Part shown: in pieces, positions 53,712 through 64,000 of the stretch
How the letters are laid out: each line of letters begins with the position of its first letter
Position numbering within the stretch: the first letter of the stretch is position 1
Assembly: GCA_964016885.1 (NCBI GenBank)
Contig: OZ024746.1
Coordinates: forward strand, 81,220,001-81,284,000
Direction: 5' to 3'
DNA: 64,000 nucleotides
DNA from: Eledone cirrhosa
Taxonomy: Eukaryota
Notes under the pieces: model-generated
Seen by the model: only the letters and a program-made list of their open reading frames with translations
The model's database searches: none
What the model was told of the DNA's origin: nothing
Translations under genes and position numbers: made by a program

Positions 53712-53960
53712 CATCATCATCATCATCATCAACGTTTAACGTCCGTGTTCCACGCTTGCATGGGTTTGGACGGGGGTAGTCCCACTTGAGGCAAGAGTGA
53801 TTGTCTTGCTCGCATAGGACTGTCTGGCAGGTTTTCTACAGTTGGATGCCCTTCCTAACACCAACCACATTTACAGTGTGGGTCTGGGAGGTTTTTACCG
53901 TGTTGCCTACACGGCCACATTACAGCGTGGACTGTGTGTTTTTTTGTCGTGACACCTACA
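53712..53960 (-). mobile_element. Retroelement 3' end with (GAT)n tail
   Basis: Reverse complement of the GGTTGGTGTTAGGAAGGGCATCCAGCTGTAGAAA..CCCATGC.AGCGTGGAA..CGGACGT motif at 55720-55875. Confidence 0.7.
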
Positions 53961-53975
53961 CGATCTCATTTGTTT

Positions 53976-54019
<44 letters not shown>

Positions 54020-54022
<3 letters not shown>

Positions 54023-54150
54023 CTGGAGGTATATGATTTTTAAAGCGATGAAATACCAATGAAGGTTGGAAAATCACTGATGAGGGACTATTTTTATCAT
54101 ATGTAACCCATGTGCAACCACGCAGTATTCATTCTTCTCATGTTTTTTAT
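54020..54150 (+). mobile_element. Module E1 (3' part)
   Basis: Matches 9385-9505; between (TA)n tracts. Confidence 0.75.
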
Positions 54151-54282
54151 ATATATATACATATATATATATATGAAGGACTAGCATCAGAAAGGTTAAG
54201 ACCCACTTCCTGCTATTTCAAGTGTCAAACTAATATATTCCTTCCATATACTGTGCCATTTGTTTTATTTCTGTTTACCTTT

Positions 54283-54320
<38 letters not shown>

Positions 54321-54476
54321 TAGAATAAAATGACAGTCAGCCGGACAGGTTAAATTCCTTCAAATTACGTAACGTTGAGTGCTTTCCTACTAGTACATCA
54401 TGATTAACATTGTGGAATGACCAATTCGACCTAGTGGTGAACCGTCAAACTTAAATGAATATATATATATATATAT

Positions 54477-54702
54477 ATATTTATTAAAATAACAGTTTAA
54501 AGTTTAAGCAAAGAATCGCTGCTTTCACCCTTAACGGGATCTTCTGAAAGATCCCGTTAAGGGTGAAAGCAGCGATTCTTTGCTTAAACTTTAACCTGTT
54601 ATTTTAATAAATATTTGCTCTACGGTTCTTATATATTTGATATATATTTATCCTTATCGAGCCCTCTTTGGATTTTAGTCTTCAAATTTATTATTATTAC
54701 TA
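54477..54702 (+). mobile_element. Module E2 with ~65-bp-arm fold-back
   Basis: Arms 54477-54543 and 54548-54614 (one mismatch), 4-nt loop. Confidence 0.85.
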
Positions 54703-54704
54703 TA

Positions 54705-54943
54705 TATATATATACACACACACACATATATATATATATAGTAATTGTTTCTACTTTAGGCACAAGGCCAGCAATTATCCAGTGTATTACTGGTACTTTA
54801 TTTTATCGACCCCGTAAGGATGAAAGGCAAAGTCAATCCCGCCGAGGTTGACTTTGCCTTTCATCCTTACGGGGTCGATAAAATAAAGTACCAGTAATAC
54901 ACTGGATAATTGCTGGCCTTGTGCCTAAAGTAGAAACAATTAC

Positions 54944-54978
<35 letters not shown>

Positions 54979-54984
54979 ATATAT
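54705..54984. repeat. Palindrome of a SINE type A 3' half plus its flanking microsatellites
   Basis: 54740-54836 is the exact reverse complement of 54848-54944; 11-nt spacer TCCCGCCGAGG; (TA)n and (CA)n flanks mirrored with different lengths. Confidence 0.92.
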
Positions 54985-55196
54985 CAGAGACACTATAAGC
55001 TACTAAGGGCTTATCAGTCTGGTAAAGCATATGACAACCTCTCCAGTGCTGATGCTGTGATAACATGAATCTGGTACATTCGGTAAAACCATTCTAAACC
55101 TGGAATATATGCACATGATAAAGACTCTCTAGGCTGTCTAGTCACAGACGATAACAAGCCATGCCAGGCAAATGTATGATGATGGCGATAATACAT

Positions 55197-55228
<32 letters not shown>

Positions 55229-55320
55229 TTTAATTTGTTGGTAATTCCACAAATATATTTATAACAGATTCGAAGCAAATGGAACCTGAACTGTTAAGGT
55301 CTGATTCCTGGGTATGTCAA

Positions 55321-55413
55321 TATTTATAAAACAAATTTTGTATTTTATCTGATGAGAGCGTACCAAAAGTTTTGGTACCCTTGAAATATATAATAAATAT
55401 GGTTTTATAAATA
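55321..55413 (+). ncRNA. Type I hammerhead ribozyme (Penelope/retrozyme-type)
   Basis: TTTAT-CTGATGA-GAGCGTACCAAAAGTTTTGGTACCCTT-GAAA-TATA-TA-ATAAA; stem I TTTAT/ATAAA extended by TATTTATAAAAC/GTTTTATAAATA; long stem II; palindromic minimal stem III. Confidence 0.7.
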
Positions 55414-55452
55414 TAGTTTCCATTTATTAATATCATTGATATATATATATAT

Positions 55453-55875
55453 ATGACCTGGGATGAGGTGATAAAAGCCGACCTTACCCAATTACACCTC
55501 TCAAAGGCGATGACACACGACCGTGACCTCTGGCGTCACACAGTAATACAGAGTACCCGACCTCCCATGGGTACAAGCTGAAGCATATAGACAATATGCC
55601 CCCACACCCTCCCACTACAAGGTGGTTGTGGAGGTGCCACGGCAAAAAAGCACCCAGCACACACTGTAAAGTGGACGTGTAGGCGCCACTGCAAAAAAGC
55701 ACCCAGCACTCACTGTAAATGAGGTTGGTGTTAGGAAGGGCATCCAGCTGTAGAAATCAAGCCAAATCAGTTCCTGTATGAGCAAGGCATGGTCAGCCGA
55801 CCAGACACTGCCCACAACAGTCTAACCCATGCTAGCGTGGAAGAACGGACGTAAAACGGTGATGATGATGATGAT
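55453..55875 (+). mobile_element. RTE-type LINE 3' end with (GAT)n tail
   Basis: Translates TWDEVIKADL..MTHDRDLWRHTV, then 3' UTR; the UTR is partly duplicated at ~56060-56285. Confidence 0.7.
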
Positions 55876-56546
55876 ATATATATATTGGGTAAAGACCCCC
55901 TTCGGTCATGAATGATCATGGGATTTGTACCTAGAAAGTTCCCCTCCTAGGTATAAGTCCAAGCAAGGTTGTTTGTGGAAGGCCAGCAGTCACCTATCCA
56001 TACCAGCCTCCTCTCTCCACGCCACCGATGTTGTCCAAGGGAAAGGCATTGGCCAATACAGTCCACACTGTAAAGTGGTTGTGTAGGCACCATACTAAAA
56101 AGCACCCATTACTCACTGTAAATGAGGTTGGTGTTAGGTGTTAGGAAGGGCAACCAGGTGTAGAAATCAAGCCAAAATCAGTTCTGTATGAGCAAGACAT
56201 GGCCATCTGACCTAGCATTGTCCACAACAGGACAACCCATCTAACCCATGCTAGCGTGAAAGAATGGATGTAAAACGGTGATAATGTATGTATATAATAA
56301 AATAATTGAATATATATATATATATATATATAGAAGAGTATAGGCATCTTTGTTTTATTATAGAAATGACTTCTACAAGACTAGGCTGTTTCATTCGTAA
56401 GAAATTATGAGGATTTCTTGTAAATGGAGCAGTTCTAGTCCAGTAGAAGTCATTTCTATAATAAAATAGAGATGCCTATATTCTACAAACATATTGAGTA
56501 TCCTTTTTAATTATTGTCACCTCCCGATATACATAAGAAATCCAAT

Positions 56547-56586
<40 letters not shown>

Positions 56587-56704
56587 GGGAGTAAACAACT
56601 AAAACAGGAATAACCTTCAAGTTATTTAATTATGTTCTGTGCTCAAATCCCTCTGAAGTTGATTACAAGATTATCAGTCAAGTACTGGGGTTGATTATAT
56701 CAAT

Positions 56705-56820
56705 TGGGGATCCAGCCGGATCAGTTGGAGATGGTTGCTTCTGACAGGACCCGTTGGAAGGAATGTTTGAGGACTCTGCCTCCACAACCCTCCCAGGGTT
56801 AAGTGGGCAAAGAAGAAGAG
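56705..56820 (+). mobile_element. RTE-type LINE extreme 3' end with (GAA)n tail
   Basis: DQLEMVASDRTRWKECLRTLPPQPSQG* (A-x-DR-xx-W motif). Confidence 0.6.
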
Positions 56821-57160
56821 TTCAAATCCTGCTGAAGTCAACTTTGCATCTTATCCTTCTGAAGTCAATAAAATAAAGTACCAGTAAAGCACTGGGGTTC
56901 ATATAATTGGCCTTCCTTTCTACCCCTAAAATTGCTGGTCCTGTATCTAAATCAGAAACCATTATTATTATTGGATTGTCAGAGCATTGGACAACATAGT
57001 TATATCCCTTTACATTCTAAGCTCAAATCCCGCCGAGGTTAGCTTTGCCTGTCATCCTTATGGGGGTCAATAAAATAAAGAACCACTGGGGTCCATTTAA
57101 TCGACTTTCCCCTCCTTCAAAATTGTTGGTGTTGTGCCTAAATCCAAAACCATTATTATT
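56819..57160 (+). mobile_element. Two tandem SINE type A copies
   Basis: B boxes, cores and (ATT)n tails. Confidence 0.8.
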
Positions 57161-58393
57161 GTGGTAGGCAAGATTATGTTCAAAATTTGGTTTTGTTTTT
57201 CAGGACAATGTTTCTTTGTGAGCTAACAACATGCTTAGCAAAGGCCTCAATGTAACTTCTTCACATTCCCTTCTCTACATAGATGATGTGTCTCTCAGTA
57301 CCTTTATCATGATGATAGATATATAGATTGGTAGAATCAATGATGTATTAATATTGATTTTTAACATGAGCACAAGGCCACAAATATTTGACTGGTACTT
57401 TATTGATCTCAGAAAAACTAAAGACAAGGTCTACCTTGGTGGGATTTGAACTTGGATCATAAAATGTAAAGGTACACCAACTAAATACTGCTAGGTATTT
57501 TGTCTACGGCTCTAACAACTCCTTGGCATTTTGTCTATGGCTCAACCAATTCTAACAACTCCTGTCTGATTTAGTAATTTGAAAATGTTTACCACCGTCT
57601 GAAGTCATGAGTCTATGCAGTGGCTTGACTTTCTAGAAATAACAGCTAACCAACCAACCTTTCCTTAGATTGCACCCTATCATCTTAGACAATGCAGTTC
57701 TGAACATACAAAAAGACAGGATAGGCATAGCTAGAACTACATTTGATCATAGGTCTGCTTAGCCGGAGCTGATCTGGGGATAAACAACAAACACAACTGT
57801 AAGTTATACACACTTAAACCTTTAGCATTCACATTACTCTCTATATATACTATTATATTTTCATGGTAAAGGCTTTACCTCACATAATATCGAATCTATG
57901 AGATTTTGAAAGTATTTATTTTGAGAACAATACCTTAACATTTTGAGTGACCAGTTACAGCCAGTTTCAACAGAAAAAGGTAGAGAATTCTGGCCGGTTT
58001 GAACATTAAAGGGTTAATAGATGAGATGAGTGTGAAAGAGAGAGATAATAGCATGAGAAAGAAAGAGGGGAGAGAAGACAATATATGTTGATATTTGTTT
58101 TTCTTGACTATTCCTTGCTCATTTTAGATGTGTTGCTGATAATGTGTCTCAATCGGTATTCATTTCAATTGATATTGCTAAGCTATGACAGAGAAATATC
58201 ATTTGACGACGACTGAAGAGATCACCAATGAAAACGTTGTGCTAGCAAGACATCCAACATGAAAGTGAAAATACTCAGTAAAAACAACTTATCTCAGAAA
58301 AATACAATCAATATCAATTGTTGTTTTATAGATTTTTTTATTTACATTTCTGTATAGTTTGCCATGTTGCAGTGTATTAATTCATCATTCTGG

Positions 58394-58429
<36 letters not shown>

Positions 58430-59664
58430 TTATATATGGGAGAAAATCTATGATTAGACAAACATGATAAGTTGGCTTTATTTACATGTCTTGAGTTTTA
58501 AAATAAATTCAACTAAGTAAGTAATGTCTTACGTAATTTATGAATGTAAAAAAAAAAAAAGAAAATATAAACACAAATATCATCTTTGTAAATTTGTTGT
58601 TGTTGTTGTCATCATAATCAATAATAATAATAATAACTGTAGCAAAAAGAGATTTTCTGCAACTAAATGAAACTGTCACACGGTAACCTGGTGCCAAAAT
58701 ATGCCCAATAAATCCTCAAATAGGAAGAGAGTTTTTGTGTATGGGTGTGTAAAAAACACTGGAACCTTAATTCAATGATTTTGATTTTGTTTAATAAATT
58801 TCTTTATAAATATTGGCTTCTATTGATCTAATAGAGAGGGATGTTAAAAATGGGTATAAGAGAATAAATATATAATTATCTGGATTTTTATCATCAATAA
58901 ACTGATAACAAGAACAGTTGGAAGGCATTTGTTGTTGTTGTTAATAAATAATTAAATAAATAAAATAAATAAATGCGGAAATTTCAAGATGAATTAAATT
59001 GAGGGAGGAGGTTGGGGAGATAAGAATTTGATTTTTCAAAAGGCAATTCAATATATGTTATGAATACTATTCAGCCGAGATTTGATAAATGGGTATATAT
59101 CAGCTGGTATATGTATATATGTATATATGGAAAGAGAGAGAATATACTTTGCAACAGATAATCTCTTGTGTGGATATTAATATCTGTCTATGGCATATTC
59201 TATTTTCCATATCCTCCAGTGTGTACTTATGTGTACATACATATATATGTGTACATACATATATATGTTTTAAAAAGTGGCCCAATTATCTTCACAATCA
59301 TTAGTCATTTCAATAATGAGGATTTTTCCATGACAAGACAGAATCTTGATCAAGGTATAGTGGCTATTTAAAAGATATGGAGAAAATATATTTCATCAAA
59401 CACTAACATATGTAAAATTAACAAATATTATTATATTAAAGTATTGTAATTAAATCACTTAAGTGTATATTTAAAATGCAGCTGTTCTGTGTCTGCATCA
59501 AGAAGTTGTTACAGGGGTAATTAGAATAATAGAGAAAAGTAATGAAGACAAATAATGAGAAATTGTTGACTGAAGGATGAAGGAAATAAAGAATGTCTGC
59601 ATATTTTCAAGCTGAAAGATGTCATTTGTGATCTCTAAGACATCTTTGGAGAAAAGATAGTAAT

Positions 59665-59870
59665 GGTTACTCATGTAGAAACAAGGCCAGCAATTTGGAG
59701 TGAGGGGGGGGGAAGTTGATTATATTGACCCACAGTACTTGACTGGTACTTTGATTTATTGACCCCTGAAGGATGAAAGGCAAAGTTGACCTCGGTGGGA
59801 TTTGAACTCGGTACATAAAGAGCCAGAACAAATACCTTATGAATTTTGTCTGATGCTCTAAGGATTTGCT
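59665..59870 (-). mobile_element. SINE type A
   Basis: Core and B box on the minus strand. Confidence 0.8.
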
Positions 59871-62800
59871 ACTGAAGTTGAGAAGAAATCCAATTGTTTT
59901 TTTGACAGCTTCATACATTTCATTGACAGAAGTACATGATTCAAAACATAGATAATAGCTTCTTTTTGGTATTTAAAGATGAAAATCAAGAAGGGAAACA
60001 GCAGGTCAAACTATTTTCAACCAAAGGATTCATCACACTAAAAGTTAATGTGTAGGTAACCAGTAAATCTACCCATTTCATGGAAGAACTGTATAAATTT
60101 CTATATATATATACCCACCCACACACATAATCACAAATTCAGGGAATGTTTTAAAATGTCAAAGATTAAGGAATTATCTGCTTAAAAATATGTTTTTTGT
60201 GAATAGTTGGTATGAAATAGTTCATTTGTTAAAAAATAACTTTAAAGTTTTCATAAAGTCCCTTATTCTGTCTGATAAAAAATCTGAGAATTTAAAACAA
60301 TTCTATGAATAAATAAAAATAATGGTAATTTCCCATTATTATGATGCAAGCTTACTTGTTGAGAAGCAGTTCTTGGTGGAAGTACTGAGAAGAGTTAGTT
60401 TTAAGGAAAGGCACAACAGTTGAAGGAAAGCTAGAAAACAATGAGGACTACTTCATAACCATGTACTAATGTTGAACTAAAAGTGGCTTTATATGAATGA
60501 AATAAATGTTGTTGTTGAAAAACAAAAATTGGACTAAAAGAAGAACGACAGACATTTTAGCTTCTTTGATAAAACACTATTTTTCAATGAGGAAGACCAA
60601 ATTCTACAAAGAGTTATACTTTAAAAAATGTCAATGTTAAAAGGAGGAAGCGATAACAAAACTGCTTATTTCGTTAGATTAAAAAAGATTTAAAGATAAA
60701 ATCATCCTTTTCTTTAAAGCTAATTTAATGTATCAGCTGTGCTAGAGGGAGAAATAAAATAATAATTTTTTTTTAAAATTTTCGGCAAGGCCAGCCGTAA
60801 CTTGTTCGGTATGCAAATGAGGCTAATCAGCCGATGTATACTTCAGAAAATACTATATATTTTCAACCGTTCAATAGATTGGCAGAGGTAAACAGTCTTG
60901 ATAAAGGGTAATGATGCAGAAGCATGTTGATTGTTCCTTGGTGCCAGTGTTGAGCAAACAGATGACAATTGGTTATCAGCACAGCACAGCTTTATTGAGC
61001 CATTTGCTTGCAAACGAATCAAATATTATTATTAATGTTCGATATAACGCATATGCACACATATATATATATATATATGTATGCATACATATGTGTGTAT
61101 GAATGCATACTTACATTATGTATCAGCTGTGCTGGAGCGAGAAATAAAATTATAACTTTGTTTCTAATTTACTATATCTTAAGTAAAATGTTGCTGAAAA
61201 AAGTAGGCCAAACATTTCCAGCACATTCACATTAGGTTTCATGATTTGGCAGTCAGTTAGTTGCTACACAATATTATATCTGTGATAAAACTAAGCAGTG
61301 AAATTTAACTAAAGGAAGAAACCTATGACACTGGCCCTTTTTATGAATGTGTGTAACTATCATTTTTACCAAAATGGTAAAAATGTATAAAACAAAAAAA
61401 CATTAAGGAGATAAAGTGCTAAACTATGTCACATGTAGAAGGGAAAGTCTGCATCAATATATCAGCCAAAATGAATGTTTTTAACTTATCATGAATATTA
61501 AAGTGAGAAAAACGACATGAAAATATATTGCTGCTTGGCAAATGCAAGTTAATTCAAATTCAACATGTTAATTACCATTCCTGGAACTCAACTAACTAGG
61601 TTTGGGACAAAGGGACTCATTATATATATATACATATTTTTGATTTTTTTTGTTTTCTATTTTTTCAATTCATTGGATATTTTATAAGAAAGGGGATAAA
61701 AATTCCATTTCACTGATTATAGTTAATCGGTTTTATACAAATATATATAAAGAGGTCTTTTGTTCATTTTTTTTTTTTGTTTTGCTGTAAAAATGTAAAA
61801 AATATAACATTTTATGGAATAAAAAAAAAGGCAACTGTCTGATGGATTAAAAGACAGTTCTAAGGCAGTGGAAGATATATATAAATATATAAAACACTGA
61901 TCTCAGAATGAGACTTAGGAGGAGAAATAAAAGTGGGGCTTTTAGGCTTAGATATGTTTCAACTGGGATTCATCAAGGTTACATTTCATCAGTGCTGAGG
62001 TGACCCTAATTACATAAGTCACCAATAAAGGTAATGGTTTCTAGTAGATTGACAACAACAGAATCACTAAAGCAGTTAGTTATACATTGTTATTTTTCTT
62101 TTTTTTATTTCTTTTTTTTTTTTCATGTGTAAAAAATTTCATTACAAAAATATGTTGCACAGACTCTCGCTTCCTCTACAGAGGAAAGAAACCTCTTTAT
62201 AATACAGCAGTCCTTAGTCAAGTCTGTGAGCTTTTTCTATGTCATTGTAAGAAGAGGAAAAAATCCACACACACAATTGCCACCACAAATAAAAAAAAAA
62301 AAAAAATTATAATAATGAAGGTGGAAGTGTAGAGTTTAAATGTGAGCTGTGACAAACTTGATAATTACATATGTCTATCTGCATTCATAAAAGCACATAG
62401 GTTTTTTTTTAATATATAGATGTAGTGAAAAAAAGTATACATTTGAATAAGTGCTCCAAAAAGATGGAGAAATTTGCTTTACATCCACCCACAAACATGT
62501 TATATATAAGTTCATGGGTATGTATATCCTATGTGTGTATCTTATATAAATGTGTGTTTTACAGAAATTTAAACCCATCTCAAGAGTTCACAGCATATAG
62601 TTAGTTTTTATTTGAAAAAAAAACAACATTTTTTCTTCTTTTCATTTTCAAATCCTAGACATTGTTCTAGCAATTAATTAATTTTCTATGTGTAGAAGTT
62701 GTGAAAGAAAACATTCTGTTGTGCTGTTAAGTTTTTCATTCTGCAACTTATCTATGGCACTATATGTTGTCTAAGTGACAGCAAAATGGACATTCTGGAA

Positions 62801-64000
62801 TGTTTCTTTCATAAGGGCAGATTCAGTAACAAATAACTATAAAATAGTTGGAGACAGTTGATTTTCTTTGTACGAAAATAAAGTAGTTTTTTTTTAGTAC
62901 CTTTTTTGTATTTTAAAATCTTAACTTCAACTTTTTAGAGCAATGGCTTCTTTGTGGAATTCTTCTTTATTATTTTTTTTTACTTATTTATATACAAGTA
63001 TATAGTTTTTTTTTATTTTTGGATACATATATATATATATATATATATGCATATATATATATATATATATGCTACCTCTTTTTATTTTTTTTTCTGAAAA
63101 TTTTCAATTTTTTTTTTAGGCATCTGGCATTTTATTTGGAGGGGAGGGAGTGGGTTTTATATGTGTTTTGGGCTTTGACATTTTGTTCAGGGTTAATTTT
63201 GTAATACTTATTACAAAAATTTATAACAATAATAATTCTCAATTCCATTTATGGAATTTTATATTCATTCTTTTTCTCTTTCTTTCTTAAACTTAAAACT
63301 TACTGATGGATATAAATTATGGATTTGTTGAATAAGTGATAGAATTGTTAAATTTGTGGGGGAAATGGTAAAAGTAATTTACTGAAAGCGAGTGGAGTTT
63401 TACTGTGAAAAGTAGGATGACTACATGTTTAAAGAAAATGTTTAATGATAAATAGTTACCAGACACTGGTTTGGAATAGATAATTATTAGCAATGATTTG
63501 TCTTATTTAGAATATATATACATGTATTAGAAATGACCTGTTCCTAGTGCATATCTTTAAACCAGCATGTAATATTTCAACTAATTACTGCCGTTGTCAG
63601 TTTGTTCTTAAATTTATATCACTTTTCACAGTTTGATTTCTATTGTTAGTTAAAAATATGATAGAGTATAATTTCATTAGAAAAAATAATGAATCATTTT
63701 AGGTTTCATTGAAGAAACAGCACCAGAATTTTTATATAGAAAAACTGGAGATATGAGATTCATCTAGATTATTTTTAAAATGGTTAAAATTTTAAAAGCT
63801 GAGGAAATCGAATCAACTAAGGTAATAATTGCTCACAATGCTGAACTGGGCATTGTTTAATTTCAAAGGTAATTTCAAGGTTATGTATCAAAAGAACAAG
63901 TTGTATAATGGGGTAGAGAAATGTTCAGTAAGAAGACATAGTGAAATTACTTAAGGCAGTTAACTTCAGTGAGTACTAAGGCATTCAATGTTTGTTAAAT

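Noticed and set aside
57200-58260. Plus-strand acceptor-like sites (~57203, ~58128) as coding exons
   Set aside because: Frames close quickly and no convincing donors; could be non-coding exons but unsupported

Overview
AT-rich eukaryotic genomic DNA with very dense microsatellites and retroelements. The SINE families and repeat landscape fit a coleoid cephalopod (Octopus-like); this is my recognition of the repeats, not a database result. No complete host gene is visible, and almost all listed ORFs are translations of simple repeats. Real coding signal is limited to (i) a young 5'-truncated R4/Dong-clade retrotransposon inside a (CATA)n microsatellite, (ii) older R4, CRE, RTE and CR1/L2-like remnants and (iii) one plausible minus-strand host exon (12529-12715). 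Non-coding content includes more than 25 tRNA-derived SINE copies of two types, a ~610 bp non-autonomous RTE derivative, a 71-bp and a 78-bp tandem array, and Penelope-type minimal hammerhead ribozymes. The most unusual pattern is a dozen or more local fold-back palindromes, nearly all abutting or centred on (TA)n tracts. They are built from a few small recurrent (TA)n-embedded modules, some turning at hammerhead-like hairpins and one carrying a tRNA-like Pol III unit. Coordinates were read by eye, so element boundaries are approximate.
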